From: a virus
Length of the DNA stretch: 28,411 nucleotides
Direction: 5' to 3' (one strand)
Virus genome (UHGV): UHGV-0191955
Every line of letters begins with the position of its first letter. The first letter of the stretch is position 1. A program made the translations under genes and the position numbers. The notes under the pieces are model-generated. The model saw only the letters and a list, made by a program, of their open reading frames with translations. It was not told where the DNA came from and did no database searches. Shown one piece after another: positions 9,120 to 17,632 of the stretch.

Positions 9120-9747
9120 TGAAATAGAGATCCGGAGCCTTATCGGCGATCTGCATATCGAGAGCCGCGAGGAGGGAACCGTCAGCCGGACGATCGTCGG
9201 CTATGCCGCGAAGTTCGAGAGTTGGAGCGACCCTATTATGGGGTGGTTCCGGGAGAAGATCGCGCGGGGCGCATTCGACGGGTGCGACCTGTCGGACGTC
9301 ATCATGTGCTTCAACCACAATACCGATTCGATCCTCGCACGCACGACGAGCGGTACGCTGCGATTGGAGGTGGACGACGTAGGTCTGCGCTTCGCGTTCG
9401 AGGCTCCGAATACGACTTCGGGGAGCGATATGCTGGAGTTGGTACGCCGGGGCGACGTCTCGAAATGTTCGTTTCGCTTCGGCGTCGAGCAGGACGAGTG
9501 GCAGTATGCCGACGAGCAGAACGGTCTCGCGATGGACGAGCGGACGATACTCCGGTTCTCGCGTGTGGTAGATGTGTCGCTCGTGGTATTTCCTGCCTAT
9601 CCCGAAACCGAAGCCTCGGTGCGGTATCTCGAAGAGCGGAAAGCCGAGTGGTTATCATCAAATAAAACGGAAGCATCGAATCATTCTTATAAAATAAAAT
9701 CTCGAAACCGTTTGTGTGATTTTCTTAAAGTTGCAAATAGGCACTAA
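9106..9747 (+). CDS. HK97-family prohead protease
   Basis: 213 aa. 'VGYAAKFESWSD...GAFDG' and 'KCSFRFGV' resemble prohead (S78-type) proteases. Follows the portal and overlaps its 3' end. Confidence 0.8.
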   Translation: MEPNNEIEIRSLIGDLHIESREEGTVSRTIVGYAAKFESWSDPIMGWFREKIARGAFDGCDLSDVIMCFNHNTDSILARTTSGTLRLEVDDVGLRFAFEAPNTTSGSDMLELVRRGDVSKCSFRFGVEQDEWQYADEQNGLAMDERTILRFSRVVDVSLVVFPAYPETEASVRYLEERKAEWLSSNKTEASNHSYKIKSRNRLCDFLKVANRH

Positions 9748-9766
9748 CCGAAATTTCCATATCTTT

Positions 9767-9796
9767 GTAACAGCCGATGATTTCATCGGCTGTTAC
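9767..9796 (+). terminator. perfect 14-bp stem hairpin (GTAACAGCCGATGA-TT-TCATCGGCTGTTAC), candidate terminator
   Basis: Read directly from the sequence. Located just after the protease stop and before the AT-rich R-M island. Confidence 0.5.
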
Positions 9797-9826
9797 TTGT
9801 TATACAAATTAAGTAAATAAAGCATA

Positions 9827-10405
9827 ATGAAACTACGAATTCCAAACTCGGAAGTTCAAGAACTTCTAACCGACAAGTCTTTTGAGTATCCTAAATACGC
9901 GACTCAAATTATGAACTTGGCGAATCAAAATGCACAAGGTACTCGTCCGAATATTGTAGGTCAAATGAGCGACCTGATTCAAGAATTCGGAGCGGGATCG
10001 ATGATTGAATGGGATGCTTGGTATAAGAACGGTCACCCGGAAGCGATTAAGACTGCAACCGAACGAGTATATCGGATGATTGAATTATTTAAAGAGAGTA
10101 TTCAGACCATCGATAAGGATATGGTCCGAAAATGGATCGAAGAGCTTGTTGTTGTCAAAACTTATTGCGGATTAAAATTCCAAGAGGCCATTCTCCGTAA
10201 AATTGCAGAAGAAAAGCAGTCGGACTACAGATTGGCGACCCCAGAAGAAGAAGCACAAGGTATAGATGGATTCATTGGAAATTCCCCGGTTAGTATCAAG
10301 CCGATCACGTATCGGATTATGAATGAACTACCGGAGCACATCGATGTGCCGATTATTTACTATGACAAGAAGAAATCAGAAATAGTGGTTGAATATAATT
10401 TTTGA
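9827..10405 (+). CDS. candidate restriction endonuclease, N-terminal fragment
   Basis: AT-rich ORF convergent with the methyltransferase. Ends at a TGA placed in frame by a T5 run (10399-10403). No catalytic motif recognised, so the nuclease call is by context only. Confidence 0.35.
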   Translation: MKLRIPNSEVQELLTDKSFEYPKYATQIMNLANQNAQGTRPNIVGQMSDLIQEFGAGSMIEWDAWYKNGHPEAIKTATERVYRMIELFKESIQTIDKDMVRKWIEELVVVKTYCGLKFQEAILRKIAEEKQSDYRLATPEEEAQGIDGFIGNSPVSIKPITYRIMNELPEHIDVPIIYYDKKKSEIVVEYNF

Positions 10406-10409
10406 TATT

Positions 10410-11030
10410 ATGCCATATACTGGAGGACCATTGAATACATTAAATGGGAAAATGGGTATTTCTGCTCCGGAGAATAGTGTACCTGTTATGAAATTAATTC
10501 GCATACATCATCCTAAAAGTAAAGAGGAATTAGTCGAATTAATAAAATGGCATTCTGAAAACAAGTGTGAATGCGGTATTATTAGTAGAGGAACGGTTGA
10601 ACAATTTGGGAAAAATTTATATGAAGCTCAAAAAGCATTTTGGGGAGAATATAAATTTTCATTAGCAATATGCATCCAATGGGAATATGATTTATTTGTT
10701 TTACAATCATTAAAAGGTTCTTTGGTTGAAGATGCTGCTATTAGGACTTTAGAGACCCAATTAGAGCCTGAATATGCTTTTTCAGAAGCAACCGGTTATA
10801 TGGATGAAGAATTGCGAATTGATATTATTTGCAAATATAACAATAGCATTATTGCCGGCATTCAGGTCAAACCTTTAACATTTTTAATGATGAGACGAGA
10901 AATTATTACTTATAATGCTATGGCTAATCAAAAATGGGATAAACCTGTATATTATTTATATTATGACGAAAATGAAAATTTCGTAAATATTGAAGAAGTA
11001 AAGTCTCATTTAAAATCATCGATTCTTTAA
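10410..11030 (+). CDS. candidate restriction endonuclease, C-terminal fragment
   Basis: Begins 4 nt after the previous stop. Removing one T from the T5 run fuses both ORFs into a single ~399-aa frame. Its stop overlaps the methyltransferase stop on the opposite strand. Confidence 0.35.
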   Translation: MPYTGGPLNTLNGKMGISAPENSVPVMKLIRIHHPKSKEELVELIKWHSENKCECGIISRGTVEQFGKNLYEAQKAFWGEYKFSLAICIQWEYDLFVLQSLKGSLVEDAAIRTLETQLEPEYAFSEATGYMDEELRIDIICKYNNSIIAGIQVKPLTFLMMRREIITYNAMANQKWDKPVYYLYYDENENFVNIEEVKSHLKSSIL

Positions 11031-12172
11031 AATGTTAATGCAATCTGCGTTCGGGAAGGAATAGAAATAATACGCTTTCTATTCCCTACTTTTATTTCAG
11101 CAGTGACCGGAATAGTGTCCGCATATTCAGCAGTAATCATGTGATTGTTCCCTCTTATTGCAGATAAATAGACGAACCGCATATCTGTTTCTTGTGAAGT
11201 CATGACCGGCATCTGGAGATGCTCGTTGAAATGTTTGATCTCTTTATTTTGCGTTCGTTGCGAAACGAATTCTTTATGTGCTGCTATTCGATTAGCAATA
11301 ACTTCGTTCATTTGGTCAACCGATGATGAATGAATATTATCGGCTATAATATCTATAAACTTATCATCAATTTCATAACCAATACTATTGCGATTGCTCA
11401 TGATAGATGCAATCGTAGTTGTACCGGTTCCTAAAAAAGGATCCATTACCGTATCTCCTTGCAACGAATACATATTGATTAGACGGTATGGAACTTCCAA
11501 TGGATAGGCTGCACTCCTGTCTCGACTTTCTGCTGATATTTTTTGTTTGGTACCTTTTATATTGTCCCACAAATCGGAAAACCACACATTGCGTTCCTCC
11601 CAAAAGAACGAACTCTCACGGCGTTTCTGTTTGTCTATTGCAGATTTGAATTCGCGTTTACCTCCTTTGCGAAAAATCAAAATCCATTCGTGTTCCAATG
11701 TTACATATGCTCCTGCAGGAAGCATTCCGGACCCCATAAATTTATTTGGAGCATTCGTTTGCTTCCTCCAAATAATGTTTGGAAGATTTACATACCCGTG
11801 AGCGGTGAAATAGTTAATTATACGGGAATGATTGGAGTATAAAGCAAAATTGCCATTGAATGTTCGCGTCGCATCACCGACATTGATACAGACGATTCCA
11901 CCCGGGACAAGGACACGTGTCACCTCATCCCATACTTTATCCAGCTCTTGATGCATTAATTCAAAAGCCGCATCCGGCTGGTTTTCATCAAGGGCATTTG
12001 CAATACAAGGATTTTGTTTGCTTAATATCTCATCCCACATTTGAATCATGGGATATGGCGGAGATGTAACGACTAACTCGACCGAGTTGTCATTAATTTC
12101 TTTCATCTGTTGGGCAGCCCCAGTATATATGCTATGCGTTGTCTTCATAATTTCAAAGCAAAGATAATTCAT
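11027..12172 (-). CDS. DNA methyltransferase, beta-class N4-cytosine/N6-adenine type
   Basis: Motif IV 'VVTSPPYP' near the N-terminus and AdoMet-binding motif I 'VMDPFLGTGTT' near the C-terminus, the circular permutation typical of beta-class amino-methyltransferases. AT-rich. Alternative ATG at 12148. Confidence 0.88.
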   Translation of the reverse strand: MNYLCFEIMKTTHSIYTGAAQQMKEINDNSVELVVTSPPYPMIQMWDEILSKQNPCIANALDENQPDAAFELMHQELDKVWDEVTRVLVPGGIVCINVGDATRTFNGNFALYSNHSRIINYFTAHGYVNLPNIIWRKQTNAPNKFMGSGMLPAGAYVTLEHEWILIFRKGGKREFKSAIDKQKRRESSFFWEERNVWFSDLWDNIKGTKQKISAESRDRSAAYPLEVPYRLINMYSLQGDTVMDPFLGTGTTTIASIMSNRNSIGYEIDDKFIDIIADNIHSSSVDQMNEVIANRIAAHKEFVSQRTQNKEIKHFNEHLQMPVMTSQETDMRFVYLSAIRGNNHMITAEYADTIPVTAEIKVGNRKRIISIPSRTQIALTF

Positions 12173-12284
12173 TTCCTCCTATAATCCTCCATTATTCAAC
12201 TTTATTCTAAAATTGCGACAAAGTTTCCTTTTAGAGGCTGTTCGGTGGATTAAGTTTGCTCCCGAAGAATCAATAACGAGATTT

Positions 12285-13484
12285 ATGAGCAAACTGAAAA
12301 CCCTTAAAGAGAGCCGTGCTGCCGTGTTCGCAAAGATCGACGAGTTGCGTACCGCGACCGACGGTCGCGAGATGACCTCCGAGGAGCAGGAGAGGTGGAA
12401 CACGCTGCTTGCGGAGTACGAGCAGGCCGACCGAGCTGTCGAAGCCGAGGAGCGCTACGTCGATATCGAGCGCCGGCAAGCCGAGCAGCAGTATGTTCGA
12501 CAGACTTCCGGCGAGCAGCCCGACGAACGTCGTGCCGAGGAGTACCGCACCGCTTTCCGCGACTACCTGCTGCGCGGCGCAGCGGATATTTCGCCCGAGC
12601 ACCGGACACTCTTCGAGCAGCGCGCCGGCATCACGGGTTTGTCGGGCGGCGTGATCGTCCCTTCGTCGCTGGCCGACAGCATCGAGGTTGCGCTGAAAGC
12701 CTACGGCGGGATGTTCGAGGCGGGTTCCATTCTCACCACGAGTAAGGGCGGCGACCTGATTATGCCGACGGTAAACGATACCGATGCGAGGGCTACGGTC
12801 GTTGCCGAATACCAGCAGTCGACCAAGTCCGCACCGTCGTTCGGCTCCGAAACGCTCAAAGCCTATACCTACCGCACGCCCATCGTTCCCGTGTCGTTGG
12901 AGCTGTTGCAGGACTCGGCATTCGACCTCGAATCGCTGCTCTCGGGTCTGCTGGCCGAGTCGTTCGGACGGGGCATCAACTACGACCTTACGCGCGGCGA
13001 CGGCAAGGGCAAACCCAAGGGCATCGTCGAGTGGGCGCACGCCTGTGCTACTAACCCCTCTGCTGCAGGCATCTCGCTCGATGCTCTGATCGAGCTCGTC
13101 AAGGGCGTGGATTCCTCCTATGCCCGACACGGGCGGTTCATGTTCAACCGCAATACGCTCTACTCGCTCGTCAAGATCAAGGATACGACGGGACGCTACA
13201 TCTGGCAGGAGGGTGCGAAGGACGGCACGCCGCCGACCTTGTTCGGCAAGGCGTATATCCTGAACGACGACCTCGACGATGCCGCAGCGGGCAAGACTTC
13301 GGTGTTGTTCGGCGACTTCTCGAAGTTCAAGATCCGTATGGTCCGATCGTTCCGCGTGATCCGCCTGAACGAGCTGCTCGCCGAGTACCTTTCGATCGGG
13401 CTGTTCGGCTTCGCCCGCACGGACGGCATCCTGTTGGACGCCGGTACGCACCCCGTCCATAAGTTGGTGCATAAATCGGTGTAA
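12285..13484 (+). CDS. major capsid protein (HK97 fold) with N-terminal coiled-coil delta domain
   Basis: ATG at 12285 preferred over the TTG at 12213. N-terminal charged coiled-coil 'EEQERWNTLLAEYEQADRAVEAEERY', then a capsid-like body. Position after the protease. Confidence 0.8.
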   Translation: MSKLKTLKESRAAVFAKIDELRTATDGREMTSEEQERWNTLLAEYEQADRAVEAEERYVDIERRQAEQQYVRQTSGEQPDERRAEEYRTAFRDYLLRGAADISPEHRTLFEQRAGITGLSGGVIVPSSLADSIEVALKAYGGMFEAGSILTTSKGGDLIMPTVNDTDARATVVAEYQQSTKSAPSFGSETLKAYTYRTPIVPVSLELLQDSAFDLESLLSGLLAESFGRGINYDLTRGDGKGKPKGIVEWAHACATNPSAAGISLDALIELVKGVDSSYARHGRFMFNRNTLYSLVKIKDTTGRYIWQEGAKDGTPPTLFGKAYILNDDLDDAAAGKTSVLFGDFSKFKIRMVRSFRVIRLNELLAEYLSIGLFGFARTDGILLDAGTHPVHKLVHKSV

Positions 13485-13487
13485 GGT

Positions 13488-14024
13488 ATGACGGTAATCG
13501 AGATGCGGGAGCCGCCGATCGCGCTGGAACTCGCCAAGCAGCACCTGCGGGTAGGCAGCGCCGCCCATGACGATACTTTGATCGCTGCGAAACTCGACAT
13601 GGCCGTTGCCGTGGCGGAGGATATGACCGGACGGATCATTCGGGAGAAGAGGGTACGGTTCGACGTACCGATCCCTTCCGACGCTCCCATCGTCCGTCTG
13701 CCCGTCCCTACGACGTGCATCGAGCGGCTCTCCGTCTCTCGAACCATCATTCCCGAATCCGACTACACGCTCTTGAAGGACGACTACGACCCGATGCTGA
13801 TTGCCGAACCGCAGTACAGCGGACAGCCCGCAACGGTTACGGCCGTCGTCGGCTACGATCGCGATAATATACCTCCGGCAATCAAGGCGGCTATTCTCTT
13901 GATCTTGGGCACGCTCTACGACAACGAATCGGACAACCTCGTCGGCCGCTCCGTCTCGGAGCTGTCGCTTACGGCCGAGAAACTCCTGCTTCCGTGGCGG
14001 GTAACCCCTTACGGCGATGTTTGA
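13488..14024 (+). CDS. head-tail connector (gp6-like) protein
   Basis: N-terminal 'LELAKQHLRVGSAAHDDTLIAAKLDMAVAVAEDMTGR' is characteristic of gp6-like head-tail connector proteins. Directly downstream of the capsid gene. Confidence 0.75.
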   Translation: MTVIEMREPPIALELAKQHLRVGSAAHDDTLIAAKLDMAVAVAEDMTGRIIREKRVRFDVPIPSDAPIVRLPVPTTCIERLSVSRTIIPESDYTLLKDDYDPMLIAEPQYSGQPATVTAVVGYDRDNIPPAIKAAILLILGTLYDNESDNLVGRSVSELSLTAEKLLLPWRVTPYGDV

Positions 14025-14334
14025 CACGCGAATCGAAATTCTCGAATACACCGAGGAGCGGGACGAGTACAACGACCTCACGAAAACGCTCCGGCGCGTC
14101 GCCGTCTGCTACGCCCAGCGTACCGAGAACGGCGGTCGGGAGAACCTCTACGCTGGACGCATCGCCCACGAGAACGAAACGGTCTATACGATCCGTTGGC
14201 AACCCGACCTGCGTCCCGATATGGTCGTTCGCGACGAGGGGTATCTGCGGAAGATAATTTCGATCCACGAGGATGGACGCCGATGGCGCCTGCACCTCAA
14301 ATGCCGGAAGAGCGATGCTGACGATCGAGGTTGA
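14017..14334 (+). CDS. head closure / head-tail joining protein
   Basis: 105 aa, overlaps the previous gene by 8 nt. 'TIRWQPDLRPDMVVRDEGYLRKIISIHEDGRRWRLHL' resembles the head-tail joining family. Confidence 0.65.
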   Translation: MFDTRIEILEYTEERDEYNDLTKTLRRVAVCYAQRTENGGRENLYAGRIAHENETVYTIRWQPDLRPDMVVRDEGYLRKIISIHEDGRRWRLHLKCRKSDADDRG

Positions 14335-14839
14335 AGATTATGCCGCAGCCAAGCGGATTCTGGACGAACTGCCGAACACGATGCAGAAGCGGATGCTGCT
14401 TGTAGCTCTGCGCGCTTCGGCCAAACCGATGTTGCAATCGGCACGGAGCAAAGTCCCCGTCCGCACGGGCAAGCTGAAGAAGCAGCTGCGCACGGTGCGC
14501 TACAAGGACCGCAACGCTTCGAAGTCGGAGGTGGCCATCGCCGTGAAGCCGGTCTTCGAACGCACGAAGAAAAAAGGCGTCGTAAACGAATACTACGGCA
14601 AGTTCATCCACGAGGGAACTGCCGACCCTCGCACCTCGAAAAAGGGCAAACTGCTGGTATTCGACGATGCGCAGGGCAAAAAGGTCTTCGTCCGCAACGT
14701 CAGGGGCATCCGGCCGACACCTTATTTGGAGCAGGCTTATACGGAAAACTCCGAACGCACGGCGACGATCTTCGGCGACGAGTTGGCTGCGGCAGTCGAG
14801 AAGTTCGTGAATAAAAACTTCGCACCGGTATCGAAATGA
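14315..14839 (+). CDS. HK97 gp10-like tail component
   Basis: ATG at 14315 inside the longer ORF. 'VPVRTGKLKKQL' is typical of the gp10 family. Stop overlaps the next start. Confidence 0.6.
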   Translation: MLTIEVEDYAAAKRILDELPNTMQKRMLLVALRASAKPMLQSARSKVPVRTGKLKKQLRTVRYKDRNASKSEVAIAVKPVFERTKKKGVVNEYYGKFIHEGTADPRTSKKGKLLVFDDAQGKKVFVRNVRGIRPTPYLEQAYTENSERTATIFGDELAAAVEKFVNKNFAPVSK

Positions 14840-15192
14840 CGGATTTCAAGAAGCAGCTGATCGTGCTTTTGGAGCGTGAGATTCCAGAATTGGCGGATAG
14901 GATCCAAGCCGGGGCGGTCGATGCCCGGACGCCTGCGCCTTTCGCCGCGTTCTCCGTTCCGGAGGAGACGCCCGTAAGGACGTTGCACGGCATCGCCGGC
15001 TACCGGACGATGTTCGAGGTCGCGGTCTACGACAGCAAGTTCTCCGGTGCGGAACACCTCAAGCGTCGGGCGATCGCCGCCTTGGAGGGTGCGGAGTTCG
15101 ACGGCAAACGCAGCCGCTTCGTCTCTTCGGCGACGGAATACTACGCGGACTACGACCTGCACGGTGCGACGATGTCATTCAGAATCATATAA
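14836..15192 (+). CDS. hypothetical tail-completion protein
   Basis: 118-aa ORF in the conserved slot between gp10-like and tail tube genes. Function by position only. Confidence 0.45.
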   Translation: MTDFKKQLIVLLEREIPELADRIQAGAVDARTPAPFAAFSVPEETPVRTLHGIAGYRTMFEVAVYDSKFSGAEHLKRRAIAALEGAEFDGKRSRFVSSATEYYADYDLHGATMSFRII

Positions 15193-15209
15193 CTACAAAA
15201 CGATAACTT

Positions 15210-15650
15210 ATGCCTGAAACTTACGGAAACAAACAGGTCGTCCAAGGCGAGGACATCATCCTCTTGGTGGACGATAAGACGACGCTCCACGCCACGACGC
15301 ACACGCTGAAGGTGGACTTGGAGATGAAGGAGCTGCGCACGAAGGATACCGACGGCAAGGAGAAGTGGCCGGGCGATGTCTCGTGGTCGGTGGACGGCGA
15401 CGGGCTGGTGGTCATCGACGATTCGATCGAGAACAGCCATACCGCCGAGGAGGTTCTCGACCTGGTACTTAGGAAAAAACTCGTCGATGTGGTCGTCAAG
15501 TCGCCGCTCACGGGACTCGCGAAGATGTACACGGGCAAAGCCTACATCACGACCTTTTCGCTCTCGACGCCTGCGGGCGACAACGCCTCTTACAGTTATT
15601 CGCTTACCGGCAGCGGCAACCTGACGCCGGCAGACAAACCTGAATCCTGA
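15210..15650 (+). CDS. putative major tail (tube) protein
   Basis: 146 aa, acidic, beta-rich-looking. Position immediately upstream of the chaperone frameshift pair. Confidence 0.5.
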   Translation: MPETYGNKQVVQGEDIILLVDDKTTLHATTHTLKVDLEMKELRTKDTDGKEKWPGDVSWSVDGDGLVVIDDSIENSHTAEEVLDLVLRKKLVDVVVKSPLTGLAKMYTGKAYITTFSLSTPAGDNASYSYSLTGSGNLTPADKPES

Positions 15651-15655
15651 CCGCT

Positions 15656-16015
15656 ATGAAAGAGATTATCATTCAAGGCTCTCCGCGTCCGATCCACTTC
15701 GGATTGCGCGCCATCGACGAATTCGTCAAGCAGCGCGGTGCGGAGTTCGGGCAGACGGTCGCTTCGACTGATGCCCTCGGATCGTTGGACAGCATCGTCG
15801 CGCTGACCGCTACGGGACTCAACGAGGGCGCACGGCGTGCCGGCAGCGACCGCCGCTACACCGAAGACGAAGTGTGGGACATCTTCGACGAGGATCCGTC
15901 GCTCATCCTCGCCGTCTCGGGACTCTTCGTCGAGAGCATCGCGCCGCTGACGGATAAGTTGGGCGACCTCTCAAAAAACGGGAAACGCCCGACGACGGGG
16001 AGCCGCAAGCGGTAA
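15656..16015 (+). CDS. tail assembly chaperone (G-like, zero-frame product)
   Basis: 119-aa ORF containing slippery heptamer A_AAA_AAC at 15973-15979. The -1 frame is open from that point to 16338. Confidence 0.6.
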   Translation: MKEIIIQGSPRPIHFGLRAIDEFVKQRGAEFGQTVASTDALGSLDSIVALTATGLNEGARRAGSDRRYTEDEVWDIFDEDPSLILAVSGLFVESIAPLTDKLGDLSKNGKRPTTGSRKR

Positions 16016-16338
16016 CCTACGAGCGATGGTTCGCCATCGCCGTCGGGCAGATGGGACTGGCACCCGAAGCCTTCGAACGGCTGACGCCCGCAGAGTTCAT
16101 CTACGCGTGGCTCGGCTGGGCGAAACACGAGGGCGACAGGCAGCGGCAGGCATGGGAACGCGAACGGTGGGCGGTATGGGTTGCGACCTGCATCCAGCTC
16201 GACCGCAAAGACCGCCGCCCGATGACCGAGATGTTCCCGCTGCCGTGGGAGGGGCTGACGGCTCCCTCCAAACAAGAACCGACCATGCAGGAACGCATGG
16301 AACGAATCGAAGAAATGAAACGATGTATCCGAAAATAA
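15656..16338 (+). CDS. tail assembly chaperone GT-like fusion product via -1 frameshift
   Basis: The -1 frame (ORF-track 16051..16338) has no stop across the overlap with the G-like ORF and would join at the A_AAA_AAC heptamer. This is the canonical G/GT arrangement of tailed phages. Confidence 0.5.
15973..15979 (+). other. candidate -1 programmed ribosomal frameshift slippery site (A_AAA_AAC)
   Basis: Heptamer fits the X_XXY_YYZ rule in the zero frame of the chaperone gene, with the downstream -1 frame open. Confidence 0.5.
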
Positions 16339-16832
16339 CCCTGATTATCCTGACGATCGCCGCTGCCGGCTGCTCTCCGCTCCGAAGTACGCGATCCGAG
16401 CGGCACGAGACGCTCGCTATCACCGACTCGACCCTTACGATGCTGTTCCGGCAGGAGTTCGAGCGGCAGATCGGAACGCTCCGCCGGACCGTCGTGGAGT
16501 TTTATCCGCCGGCGGAATATCCGGAACCGAGCGACGAACGACTGCCGAATCCGACCGATACGCTCCGCGCCGTTCTTCCGCCTCCGAAGATTCCGGCGAC
16601 GAGTGCTTCCCGACAGCCGGTCAAACGCATCTCCTATACCGAGGTATCGATGCAGAATGACCGAACTATCCTTATCGACAGCATTTCGCATAGCCGCATC
16701 AACACGGCAGCCCGCAACGACGTGCAGGAGCAGACCGACGAGCAACCATCCTCCGGTGTCGCGTGGCTCAAATGGGCGACGGCGCTCGTCGCACTGACGC
16801 TTCTGCTGCTCTTATTCCTCAAACTCCGATAA
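16323..16832 (+). CDS. putative lipoprotein with C-terminal membrane anchor
   Basis: ATG at 16323. Signal peptide with lipobox-like 'TIAAAGCS' and a C-terminal hydrophobic helix 'WATALVALTLLLLLFL'. The Arg-rich N-terminal extension in the ORF track was discarded. Confidence 0.55.
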   Translation: MYPKITLIILTIAAAGCSPLRSTRSERHETLAITDSTLTMLFRQEFERQIGTLRRTVVEFYPPAEYPEPSDERLPNPTDTLRAVLPPPKIPATSASRQPVKRISYTEVSMQNDRTILIDSISHSRINTAARNDVQEQTDEQPSSGVAWLKWATALVALTLLLLLFLKLR

Positions 16833-16842
16833 CCGAACCCAT

Positions 16843-17625
16843 ATGGCAAGATTGAAAACTCCGATTTCATACTATGGCGGCAAGCAGATGCTTTTGAAGC
16901 ATATCCTGCCGCTGATTCCCGAACATACGCTCTACACGGAAGCCTTCTGCGGCGGCTGCGCCGTGCTGTTCGCCAAGCCGCCCGCGCAGTGCGAAGTCAT
17001 CAACGACACGAACACCGAATTGGTGAACTTCTACCGCGTGGCGCAGACCCAGTATGCGGCACTCAAGGCGATGATCGACGCGACGCTCCACAGCCGCGAG
17101 ATACACGCGCACGCACGGCATATCAACGAGCATCCGTCGTTCTTCACGCCCGTCGAGCGGGCTTGGGCTGTATGGGTCTGCACGAAGTTGGGCTTCGCCT
17201 CGATGATCGACGGAACGTTCGGCTACGACCGCAGCGGTACGACGACGCTGAAACTCCGCAATGCGAAAGAGGCCTTCACCGAGGAGTTGTGCGGACGCCT
17301 CGGCCGCGTTACGGTCGAGTGCGAGGACGGCATCGATGTCATCCGCCGCTACGACTGTCCCGAGGCGTTCCACTTCGTCGATCCGCCCTATGTCGGCAGC
17401 GACTGCGGACACTACAACGGTACGTTCGACGAGGAGGATTTTTCGAGGCTGCTCGACACGCTTGCAACGGTCGAAGGGAAGTTCATGCTCACGATGTTTC
17501 CGCACGAGAAGATCGAACGCCTCGCCGCCCGGCACGGCTGGACGATCCATCGGCTCGACCGCACCATCACCGCCTCGAAAGTTTCCCGCCGCCGGCAGGA
17601 GGAGTGGATTACGACGAACTACTGA
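16843..17625 (+). CDS. Dam-like N6-adenine DNA methyltransferase (D12 class)
   Basis: 'ISYYGGK' N-terminal motif, 'EAFCGGCAV' AdoMet motif and catalytic 'DPPY' in 'FVDPPYVGS'. No adjacent nuclease. Confidence 0.85.
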   Translation: MARLKTPISYYGGKQMLLKHILPLIPEHTLYTEAFCGGCAVLFAKPPAQCEVINDTNTELVNFYRVAQTQYAALKAMIDATLHSREIHAHARHINEHPSFFTPVERAWAVWVCTKLGFASMIDGTFGYDRSGTTTLKLRNAKEAFTEELCGRLGRVTVECEDGIDVIRRYDCPEAFHFVDPPYVGSDCGHYNGTFDEEDFSRLLDTLATVEGKFMLTMFPHEKIERLAARHGWTIHRLDRTITASKVSRRRQEEWITTNY

Positions 17626-17632
17626 TACCGAC

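Noticed and set aside
9827-11030. Reading the two AT-rich plus-strand ORFs as a toxin-antitoxin pair or as head-module genes
   Set aside because: Their composition matches the adjacent methyltransferase rather than the phage core, their stop interlocks with the methyltransferase stop, and a single-base change fuses them. A restriction-modification partner is the more economical reading, though unproven.
12270-14081. 603-codon minus-strand ORF opposite the capsid and connector genes
   Set aside because: Antisense to the well-supported capsid and connector genes; Arg/Gly-rich; no features.
16026-16832. Long 268-aa ORF with an Arg-rich N-terminal extension
   Set aside because: The first ~100 codons overlap the chaperone -1 frame and read as low-complexity Arg/Gly-rich sequence. 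The internal ATG at 16323 starts a clean lipoprotein-like signal peptide, so the shorter gene was kept.
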